Assembly: GCA_043228905.1 (NCBI GenBank)
Contig: JBHGNT010000003.1
Coordinates: 1 to 64,000 of the forward strand
Direction: 5' to 3'
DNA from: Azolla caroliniana
Taxonomy: Eukaryota; Plantae; Polypodiophyta
Length of the DNA stretch: 64,000 bases
Both the position numbers and the translations under genes were made by a program. Below, piece by piece: positions 14,674 to 24,500 of this stretch. The notes below the pieces were generated by a model that saw nothing but the letters and a program-made list of their open reading frames with translations, did no database searches and was not told the DNA's origin. Numbering within the stretch: the stretch's first letter is position 1; each line of letters starts with the position of its first letter.

Positions 14674-14677
<4 letters not shown>

Positions 14678-14725
<48 letters not shown>
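14678..14725. repeat. (GA)n microsatellite in PLE 3' region
   Basis: Pure GA dinucleotide run read directly. Confidence 0.97.
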
Positions 14726-14728
<3 letters not shown>

Positions 14729-14830
14729 GTGTGTAGGAAAGTGTAGGGAATGAGAGAAGGGAAATTAGTATAATGATGATGGTGAGGGGGGAGTTTTTAA
14801 TGTGATGAAAAAGGGGGATTTGGGATAATA

Positions 14831-15034
14831 TTAAGTGGGGGATGTGGGTGAATTATTTGAAAACTTAGTGTTAAGTGGGGGATTTGGGTGGATTGTTTGA
14901 AACTTTAGTCTTAAGTGGGGGATTTGGGTGGATTGTTTGAAAATTTAGTCTTAAGTGGGGGATTTTGGTGGATTGTTTGAAAACTTAGTTTTAAGTGGGG
15001 GATTTTGGTGGATTTTTTGAAAACTTAGTCTTAA
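14831..15034. repeat. 40-bp minisatellite, 5 copies, overlapping the RT stop codon
   Basis: ttaagtgggggat(t/g)t(g/t)ggtggattgtttgaaaacttagt starts at 14831, 14871, 14911, 14951 and 14991. Confidence 0.95.
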
Positions 15035-16859
15035 CTAGGAGGGCATGTAAGGACTTAGATTTTGTCCAACATACGAAAGGGCGTGAGATGCTTGTAAGCT
15101 CGGGATCTAACATTAAGTCATTATAGAGATTGTTTAGAAAACTATGAATGCCTAGTTTTGGGGTATGTTTGGTGTATCTAAGTTTAAAGATTGTGGGGTT
15201 AAGGGAAGTAATAGTTTTGGGTTGATATAGGAGTGTTTTTCTAAGACTAAAAGGTATTTTCTTATAGCTTTTTAGTATAAAGGATGGAGGGTAACCACGG
15301 TTAACTAGTCTATTGAAAAAGAGTTTTTTCATTTGGTAGAAACCTAATGGGGTGCTTTCTCTAATAAGATATCTCTTCACTTCATTAGTGATAAAGTGTT
15401 GTTTCATATGGGAAGGATGATCCGATGAAAAAGGCAAGTATTGGTATGAATTGAGAGGTTTTTGAAAACAATTGAATAAGAAAGATGAATTTTCGAGGTT
15501 GATCCATATGTCTAAAAAAGGTAGCCGAAAGGGGGAAGTTTGAATGGTAAGCTTGATGGAGTTATTTGTGTGTGAAGGGTAAAAGTCGAGATATTCTAAA
15601 AGTTGAGATTTGGTGCCTGTCCAGACCCCAAATGCATCATCAATATAGCGGGTGAAGTAGAAGAGATGGGGGGGCGATGGTTGTAAGTTTTCGAGATATA
15701 CTAAAAAGAGGCATGCATATACGACTGAAAAGTTGCTACCCATGGCCGTACCTTTTATTTGTTGGTAAACTACGTCATCGAAAGTGAGATAGTGATATTC
15801 TAAAATAAGGGCACTAAGGGTATAGATAAGATTTGTTTTCGAAGGGGAAAAGTGGGGGGTGATTAGACTACGTAGGGCTTGGAGTCCTAACTTAGGGGGG
15901 ATACTAGGATAGAGAGATTCAACGTCAAACGTGAATAAGAAACTATTAGATGGTGGGTGTAGGTTTTCTAGTGATTGGATTAGTGTGTGAGAGTCTTTTA
16001 GATATTGTGGTTGGACAAGGAGGATTGGTAAAAGTTGGTGGTGTAACCACTTCGATGTTTGTTCAAATAAGGAGTTATTATATGAACAAATGGGCCGGAA
16101 ACCCATAGGTGTTTTGTGTAATTTAGGGAGGAAATAGAGGTTGGATACTTGATATCCTTTTTTGGGTTTGTGGAGGATGAAATTAGCTTCAATTGGGGAA
16201 AGTGTACCTAAGTGGTTTGTTATTATGTTATTAAGGCGGTATAGTAACTCTTCCAAGGGGAAGTGGCTGACTCTCTTATAGGTGGTAGAATTCGAGAGGT
16301 GTTCTATGGCTTTGGTGTAGTATGTGTCTTTATCTAGAACACATACTCCCATATTTTTATCGGCTGGGAGGATGATAATGTGTTTGTTGTGTTGGAGGCT
16401 TTTAAAGGCTCTAGAGAGGTGGTATGGGATTCTAGTGTTTATGGGCTTAGTGTTGTGTGCTATTTGGTTAAGGATGTGTTGGTGTTTTTCTATTATGGAG
16501 ACTAGGGGTGGATATTCTGTGGGTGGCATCCAACTAGGGTTAGGTAGTTTGAAGGGGTTGAGAGGAAGTGAAGGTGTATTTCTAAAAAAATGTTTTAGCT
16601 TGAGGGATCTCGAGAGGTGGGTGAATTCTTTTAGGATATTGTTGGGTGAGGGAGGTGGGGATGGTAGGATATACTTAAGGCCTAGGTTTAGCAATTGTGT
16701 TTCATTTTTAGTGAGGTTATGTTTAGAGAGGTTATGGATTTTACTAGGAATTACTTGTGTACTAGTAAGAGGTTTCCACAAGTTGGTTCTAGGTTTTTTA
16801 TTTCGGGATTTGGGGTGTGAAAGGAAGGGAAATAGTTTCTGTTTTCCCCCAAACCACAT
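14991..16859 (-). CDS. Penelope-like reverse transcriptase, 622 aa, no C-terminal GIY-YIG endonuclease
   Basis: PLE motifs in order: N-terminal NLSKHNLTKNETQLLNLGLKY, ILPADKNMG, LYFLPKLHK...FRPICS, motif A FTFDVESLYPSIP, motif B GTAMGSNFS, catalytic RYIDD (YIDD at 15636-15647), LPFLDI, thumb FQKP...YLPFSSDHP...RLVNRGYP. The ORF is uninterrupted and ends after the LHALLVKT linker-like segment. Confidence 0.93.
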   Translation of the reverse strand: MWFGGKQKLFPFLSHPKSRNKKPRTNLWKPLTSTQVIPSKIHNLSKHNLTKNETQLLNLGLKYILPSPPPSPNNILKEFTHLSRSLKLKHFFRNTPSLPLNPFKLPNPSWMPPTEYPPLVSIIEKHQHILNQIAHNTKPINTRIPYHLSRAFKSLQHNKHIIILPADKNMGVCVLDKDTYYTKAIEHLSNSTTYKRVSHFPLEELLYRLNNIITNHLGTLSPIEANFILHKPKKGYQVSNLYFLPKLHKTPMGFRPICSYNNSLFEQTSKWLHHQLLPILLVQPQYLKDSHTLIQSLENLHPPSNSFLFTFDVESLYPSIPPKLGLQALRSLITPHFSPSKTNLIYTLSALILEYHYLTFDDVVYQQIKGTAMGSNFSVVYACLFLVYLENLQPSPPHLFYFTRYIDDAFGVWTGTKSQLLEYLDFYPSHTNNSIKLTIQTSPFRLPFLDIWINLENSSFLFNCFQKPLNSYQYLPFSSDHPSHMKQHFITNEVKRYLIRESTPLGFYQMKKLFFNRLVNRGYPPSFILKSYKKIPFSLRKTLLYQPKTITSLNPTIFKLRYTKHTPKLGIHSFLNNLYNDLMLDPELTSISRPFVCWTKSKSLHALLVKTKFSKNPPKSPT

Positions 16860-17457
16860 ATATGTGTCTTGGGTGGAGGGGGATCTATTAAGTAGGTAGA
16901 ATAAATGTTTGCTAGGGTGTACGACGTGTCTAAACCGTTTGTTAACGCGTTTAGCACGCCTAGCTAACCGTTTTTTGGTCTACTAGGTTGTGGGTCTCCT
17001 AGTGGTTTTGGGGGAGGACAAGGTTTTGATGTATTTTGATAGTGTTTATAGTTTTTATGTGAGGGAGTGTTAGAAGAAAAGTTGGGGGTTTTTGTGTTAG
17101 GAAGAAGGGGGGTGTGAGAATAAAAGTTGGGGGTTTTTTTATTAGGAAGAAAGGGGGGGGGGGGGGGTTAGTGTAATATGGAGGATGTGTAGGGGGGAGA
17201 TGAGTTGAATATGGAGGATGTGTTGGGGGGGAATGATAAGTATAATGAGAGTGATGTGGGCTAATTAAAGGGTTATGGGTAGGGTAAGGATTTGAAAAAG
17301 GTGGGGAAGGGCATTGTTAAAATTAGATGATAATGGGGGAGGTGTAGAGTGATAAATGGAAGAAAATTGTGGGGGGTTTGAATGGAATTCTTCAACATAA
17401 GGGGGGTGGGTAGAGTAAGAATTAGACAAAAAGGGGGAGGGGGTATCCATGTAATAT

Positions 17458-18372
17458 TTAGAAAGTAAAAAGGGGGTAGGAGGAGGAGGATGGGGGAACG
17501 AGTGAGAGAAAGAGGGAGGGGGGGGGGGAGGAGGAGGAGGAGGAGGGAGCTGTTTGTACAGAGAGGTTGCGTGGGGGGAGAGAGGAGTGGGGAAGATTAG
17601 GGTTACGTAGGTGGGAGACATTGTTTTCTTCATAATACATGTGTGGGGTTGGGAGGAGAGGGGGCATGTATCCATGACGGCTGCCTTGTGCAGTCCCGTG
17701 CATCATGCCATGGAGGGGGGGTTGTAGATCTATAGGCCGGCTGTCATACACAGTCCGGAGCCTTACATTGGAGGGGGAGAACGGGTACGTATGATGGTTT
17801 CCGTTTCCATTTCCATAGATATGGTCGTTACCGGGTCGAAGATGGAGTGGCGGCCATGCTTGTAATTGTGAATGGTACCGGTCGCGTTGGCGTTCGTTGT
17901 GAGTGGGTGGCTGGTTCCTGTCGAATGTCGGTACTGGAGTACGTGGATCCGACATATATGGTGGATGGTGTCCGGCGTTGGATGTGGTATAGGGATGTGA
18001 GGGAAGTTTATTTTGGTTAATAAATGTAACGCTCGGGCCATTAAGGTTAAAGGGGGGGACGAAGTTCTTACTGACTTCGTTTGTGGCTATATTGCAAGTA
18101 AATCGGGGGAGGGAGTGATGATTGGTTGGTCGGAGAGGCTTTTGTTGCAAGGGTTTAGGGTTAGGCTTATGGTTGGTGTTATTTTTAGGGTTATTGTTAG
18201 GGTTAGTAATAGGGTTGGTTTTATGCTTATGATTAGTATTAGGATGTATCTTTTTAGGACCAAATGGTCGGACATGCACATCACTGTTATGTTTAGCACT
18301 ACTAGTGTTATCGAGAGTTGTAAAGTGTGATGGATTGTTATAATAATCTTCATAGTCATTCTCTTCACTCAT
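17458..18372 (-). CDS. Putative PLE ORF1, 304 aa, Asn/Pro/His-rich low-complexity protein of unknown function
   Basis: ATG-initiated ORF ~150 bp from the element 5' end, same strand as the RT. No recognisable domain. The C/A-rich strand composition could favour long open frames by chance. Confidence 0.5.
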   Translation of the reverse strand: MSEENDYEDYYNNPSHFTTLDNTSSAKHNSDVHVRPFGPKKIHPNTNHKHKTNPITNPNNNPKNNTNHKPNPKPLQQKPLRPTNHHSLPRFTCNIATNEVSKNFVPPFNLNGPSVTFINQNKLPSHPYTTSNAGHHPPYMSDPRTPVPTFDRNQPPTHNERQRDRYHSQLQAWPPLHLRPGNDHIYGNGNGNHHTYPFSPSNVRLRTVYDSRPIDLQPPLHGMMHGTAQGSRHGYMPPLLPTPHMYYEENNVSHLRNPNLPHSSLPPRNLSVQTAPSSSSSSPPPSLFLSLVPPSSSSYPLFTF

Positions 18373-18519
18373 CTCTATATCTATTTTTCTAATGTTTAAC
18401 TTCTTTGACGTATCTACAATACTTATGTGTGTTTTTTCTAAGAGTTCATTGTTTGTGAGTGATTTTTCTTTATATTTAGTAGCATTTAAATGTATGGCAG
18501 TTTCGATTGTGTAGCATTT

Positions 18520-21500
18520 AAATCCGATCTAACACGAGCTAGGTATGAACATTTTCATTTACTCAAGGGCTCTTCTCAACTCACTCCTCATGTTTGCTAA
18601 TTTCGTCATGTCTCTCGACCTGAGTTTCAAAATCTTGATTTTTTAATTCCATATCATAGCTAGCTTTGTTAGCTTCGATTCGCATGTTTGAACACAAATA
18701 TCCGATATGACACGAGCCAGGTATGAACATTTTAATTTACTAACCCACTCTTCTCCACTCTATCATCAAATTTGCTAATTTCTTCATATCTCTCGACCCG
18801 AGTTTCAAAATCTTGATTTTTTAATTCCATATCATAGGTAGCGTTGTTAGTTTCCATTCGGATGTTTGAACACAAAAATCCGATATCACACGAGCCAGGT
18901 ATGAACATTTTAATTTAATAACCCGCTCTTCTCCACTACCTCCTCAAATTTCCTAATTTCTTCATATCTCTCGAACCGAGTTTCAAAATCTTGCTTTTTT
19001 AATTCCATATCATAGGTAGCGTTGTTAGCTTCCATTCGGATGTTGGAACACAAAAATCCGATATCACACGAGCCAGGTCTGAACATTTTAATTTACTCAA
19101 GGGCTCCCCTCTACTACCTCCTCAAATTTGCTAATTGCGTCATCTCTCTCGACCTGAGTGTCAAAATCTTGATTTTTTAATTCTATATCATATCAAGCAT
19201 TGTTAGCTTCGATTCTCATGTTCGAACAGTGGAATCCGATATCACACGAGCCAGGTATGAACATTTTAATTTACTCAAGGGCTCCTCTCAACTCCCTCCT
19301 CCAGTTAGCTAATTTCGTCATGTCTCTCGACCTGAGTTTCCCAATCTTGATTTTTTAATTCCATATCATATCTAGCGTTGTTAGCTTCGATTCGCATGTT
19401 CGAACACAGGAATCCGATATCACACGAGCCAGGTATGCACATTTTAATTTACTCAAGGGCTCCTCTCAACTCCCTCCTCTAGTTAGCTAATTTCATCATG
19501 TGTCTCGACCTGAGATTCAAAATCATAGCTAGCGTTTTTTTAATTCTATATCATAGCTAACGTTGTTAGCTTCAATTCGCATGTTTGAACACAGGAATCC
19601 GATATCACACGAGCCAGGTATGAACATTTTAATTTACTCAAGGGCTCCTCTCAACTAGCTCCTCAAATTTGCTAATTTCGTCATCTCTCTCGACCTAAGT
19701 TTTAAAATCTTGATTTTTTTATTCCATATTATAGGTAGTGTTTTTAGCTTCGCTTCGCATGTTTGAACACAAAAATCCAATATCACACGAGCCAAGTATG
19801 AACATTTTAATTTTCTCAAGGGCTCCTCTCCACTACTTCCTCAAGTTTGCTTATTTCGTCATCTCTCTCGACCTGAGTTTCAAAATCTTGATTTTTTAAT
19901 TCCATATCATAGGTAGTGTTGTCAGCTTCGATTCGCATGTTCGAACACAAAAATCCGATATGACACGAGCAAGGTATGAACATTTTCATTTACTAACCCG
20001 CTCTTTTCCACTAGCTCCTCAAATTTGCTAATTTCTTCATCTCTCTCGACCTGAGTTTCAAAATCTTGATTTTTTAATTCTATATCATAGCTAGCATTGT
20101 TAGCTTCGATTCGCATGTTTGAACACAAAAATCCAATATTACACGAGCCAAGTATGAACATTTTAATTTACTCAAGGGCTCCTGTCCACTACTTCCTCAA
20201 GTTTGCTAATTTCGTCATGTCTCTCGACTTGAGTTTCAAAATCTTGATTTTTTAATTCCATATCATAGGTAGTGTAGTTAGCTTCGATTCGCATGTTCGA
20301 ACACAAAAATCCGATATGACACGAGCAAGGTATGAACATTTTCATTTACTAACCCGCTCTTCTCCACTAGCTCCTCAAATTTGCTAATTTCGTCATCTCT
20401 CTCGACCTGAGTTTCAAAATCTTGATTTTTTAATTCCATATCATAGCTAACATTGTTAGCTTCGATTCACATGTTTCAACACAAAAATCGGATATCACAC
20501 GAGCCAGGTATGAACATTTTAATATACTCAAGGCTCCTCTCAACTCCCTCCTCCAGTTTGCTAATTTCGTCATGTCTCTCGACCTGAGTTTCAAAATATT
20601 GATTTTTTAATTCCATATCATATCTAGCGTTGTTAGCTTCCATTCGCATGTTCGAACACAAGAATCCGATATCACACGATCCAAGTAGGAACATTTTAAT
20701 TTACTCAAGGGCTCCTCTCAACTCCCTCCTCCAGTTACGTAATTTCATCATGTGTCTCGACCTGAGTTTCAAAACCTTGATTTTTTAATTCTATATCATA
20801 GCTAGCGTTGTTAGCTTCGATTCGCATGTTTGAACACAAAAATCCAATATTACACGAGCCATGTATGAACATTTTGATTTACTCAAGGGCTCCTCTCGAC
20901 TACTTCCTCAAGTTTGCTCATTTCGTCATCTCTCTCGACTTGAGTTTCAAAATCTTGATTTTTTAATTCAATATCATAGGTAGTGTTGTTAGCTTCGATT
21001 CGGATGTTTGAACACAAAAATCCGATATCACACCAGCCAGGTCTAAACATTTTAATTTACTCAAGGGCTCCCCTCTACTACCTCCTCAAATTTGCAAATT
21101 GCGTCATCTCTCTCGACCTGAGTGTCAAAATCTTGATTTTTTAACTCTATATCATATCAAGCATTGTTAGCTTCGATTCTCATGTTTGAACAGTGGAATC
21201 CGTTATCACACGAGCCAGGTATGAACATTTTAATTTACTCAAGGGCTCCTCTCAACTCCCTCCTCTAGTTAGCTAATTTCGTCATGTCTCTCGACCTGAG
21301 TTTCCAAATCTTGATTTTTTAATTCCATATCATATCTAGCGTTGTTCGAACACAGGAATCCGATATCACACGTTCGAACACAGGAATCCGATATCACACG
21401 AGCCAGGTATGCACATTTTAATTTACTCAAGGGCTCCTCTCAACTCCCACCTCTAGTTAGCTAATTTCGTCATGTGTCTCGACCTGAGATTCAAAATCAT

Positions 21501-24500
21501 AGCTAGCGTTTTTTTAATTCTATATCATAGCTAGCGTTGTTAGCTTCAATTCGCAAGTTTGAACACAGAAATCCGATATCACACGAGCCAGGTATCAACA
21601 TTTTAATTTACTCAAGGGCTCCTCTCCACTACTTCCTCAAGTTTGCTAATTTCTTCATCTCTCTCGACCTGAGTTTCAAAATCTTGCTTTTTTAATTCCA
21701 TATCATAGGTAGTGTTGTTAGCTTCGATTCGCATGTTCGAACACAAAAATCCGATATGACACGAGCCAGGTATGAACATTTTCATTTACTAACCCGCTCT
21801 TCTCCACTAGCTCCTCAAATTTGCTAATTTCGTCATCTCTCTCGACCTGAGTTTCAAAATCTTGATTTTTTAATTCCATATCATAGCTAGCGTTGTTAGC
21901 TTCCATTTGCATGTTCGAACACAAGAATCCGATATCACACGATACAAGTAGGAATATTTTAATTTACTCAAGGGCTCCTCTCAACTCCCTCCTCCAGTTA
22001 CCTAATTTCATCATGTCTCTCGACTTGAGTTTCAGAATCTTGATATTTTAATTCCATATCATAGCTAGCAATGTTAGCTTCGATTCGCATGTTTGAACAC
22101 AAAAATCCAATATTACACGAGCCAAGTATGAACATTTTAATTTACTCAAGGGCTCCTCTCCACTACTTCCTCAAGTTTGCTAATTTCGTCATCTCTCTCG
22201 ACTTGAGTTTCAAAATCTTGATTTTTTAATTCAATATCATAGGTAGTGTTGTTAGCTTCGATTCGCATGTTCGAACACAAAAATCCGATATGACACGAGC
22301 AAGGTATGAACATTTTTATTTACTAACCCGCTCTTCTCCACTAGCTCCTCAAATTTGCTAATTTCGTCATCTCTCTCGACCTGAATTTCAAAATCTTGAT
22401 ATTTTAATTCTATATCATAGCTAGCATTGTTAGCTTCGATTCGCATGTTTGAACACAGAAATCCAATATTACACGAGCCAAGGATGAACATTTTAATTTA
22501 CTCAAGGGCTCCTCTCCACTACTTCCTCAAGTTTGCTAATTTCGTCATCTCTCTGGACTTGAGTTTCAAAATCTTGATTTTTTAATTCCATATCATAGGT
22601 AGTGTCGTTAGCTTCGATTCGCATGTTCGAACACAAAAATCCGATATGACACGAGCAAGGTATGAACATTTTCATTTACTAACCCGCTCTTCTCCACTAG
22701 CTCCTCAAATTTGCTAATTTCGTCATCTCTCTCGACCTGAGTTTCAAAATCTTGATTTTTTAATTCCATATCATAGCTAACATTGTTAGCTTCGATTCGC
22801 ATGTTTGAACACAAAAATCCGATATCACACGAGCCAGGTATGAACATTTTAATTTACTCAAGGCTCCTCTCAACTCCCTCCTCCAGTTTGCTAATTTCGT
22901 CATGTCTGTCGACCTGAGTTTCAAAATCTTGATTTATTAATTCCACATTATAGCTAGCTTCTTAGCTTCGATTCGCATGTTTGAACACAAAAATCCAATA
23001 TCACACAAGCCAGGTATGAACATTTTAATTTACCTACTAGCTCTTCTCTACTCACTCCTCAAATTTGGTAATTTCGTCATGTCTCTCGACCTGAGTTTCA
23101 AAATCCTTATTTTTTAATTCCATATCATAGCTAGCGTTGTTAGCTTCGATTCGCATGTTTGAACACAAAAATCTGATATCACACGAGCCAGGTATGAACA
23201 TTTTAATTTACTCAAGACTCCTCTCAACTCCTTCCTCAAGTTTGCTAATTTCGTCATGTCTGTCGACCTGAGTTTCAAAATCTTGATTAATTAACTCCAT
23301 ATTATAGCTAGCGTTGTTAGCTTCGATTCGCATGTTTGAACACAAAATCCGATATGACATGAGCCAGGTATGAACATTTTAATTTACCTACTAGGTCTTC
23401 TCAACTCACTCCTTAAATTTGGTAATTTCGTCATGTGTCTTGACCTGAGTTTCAAAATCTTGATTTTTTAATTCCATATCATAGCTAGCGTTGTTAGCTT
23501 CGATTCTCCTATTCGAACACAAAAATCCGATATCACACGAACCAGGTATGAACATTTTAATTTACTAACGCGCTCTTCTCAACTGCCTCCTCACGTTTGC
23601 TAATTTCTTCATGTCTCTCGACCTGAGTCTCAAAATTATAATTTTTCAATTCAATATCATAGCTACTGTTGTTAGCTATGATTCGCATGTGTCAACAGAA
23701 AAATCCGATATCACACGAGCCAGGTATGAACATTTTAAATTACTAACGCGCTTTTCTCCACTAGCTCCTCAAATTTGCTAATTTCTTCATGTCTCTCGAC
23801 CCGAGTTTCAAAATCTTAGTTTTTTAATTCCATATCATAGGTAGCGTTGTTAGCTTCCATTGGGATGTTTGAACACAAAAATCCGATATTACAGGGCCCA
23901 GGTCTGAACATTTTAATTTACTCTCGGGCTCTTCTCCACTACCTCCTCAAGTTTGCTAATTTCTTCATATCTCTCGACCAAGTTTCAAAATCTTGATATT
24001 CTAATTCCATATCATAACTAGCGTTGTTAGCTTCGATTCGCTTGTTTGAACACAGGAATCCGATATCACACGAGCCAGGTATCAACAATTTAATTTACTC
24101 AAGGGCTCCTCTCCACTACTTTCTCAAGTTTGCTAATTTCGTCATCTATGTCGACCTGAGTTTGAAAATCTTGATTTTTTAATTCCATATCATAGGTAGT
24201 GTTGTTAGCTTCGATTTGCATGTTTGAACGCAAAAATCCGATATTACACGAGCCAGGTATGAACATTTTAATTTACGAACGCGCTCTTCTACAGTAGCTC
24301 CTCAACTTTGCTAATTTTGTCATCGCTCTGGACCTGAGTTTCAAAATCGTCATTTTTTTATTCCATATCATAGCTAGCATTGTTAGCTTCGAGTTGGATG
24401 TTCCAACACAAAAATCCGATATAACACGAGCCAGGTATGAATATTTTAATTTACTAACGCGCTCTTCTCCACTAGCTCTTCAAATTTGCTAATTTCGTCA

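Larger units (their letters stand above)
14347..18519 (-). mobile_element. Penelope-like retroelement (PLE), endonuclease-deficient architecture, inserted in the satellite
   Basis: Non-satellite block between satellite ending ...aaaatcttgatt (14346) and resuming aaatccgat (~18520). Contains a PLE-type RT ORF, an upstream ORF and a hammerhead ribozyme motif. No LTRs, no poly(A), no target-site duplication. Confidence 0.9.

Noticed and set aside
14347-14990. Remnant GIY-YIG endonuclease downstream of the RT stop
   Set aside because: The region consists of the 40-bp array, (GA)n tracts, low-complexity sequence and the ribozyme; no ORF or GIY/YIG motif visible by eye.
14991-16859. Telomerase (TERT), LINE, retron or group II intron RT
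   Set aside because: Too short and lacking TEN/TRBD regions for TERT; no APE or restriction-like endonuclease or poly(A) for a LINE; the ADKN, LPKLHK, GTAMG and SDHP motifs fit Penelope-like RTs.
16324-16899. 191-aa plus-strand ORF antisense to the RT, plus overlapping ORFs at 17265-17675, 17763-18041, 18013-18330 and 18087-18368
   Set aside because: Shadow frames of a compositionally skewed coding region with no recognisable motifs.
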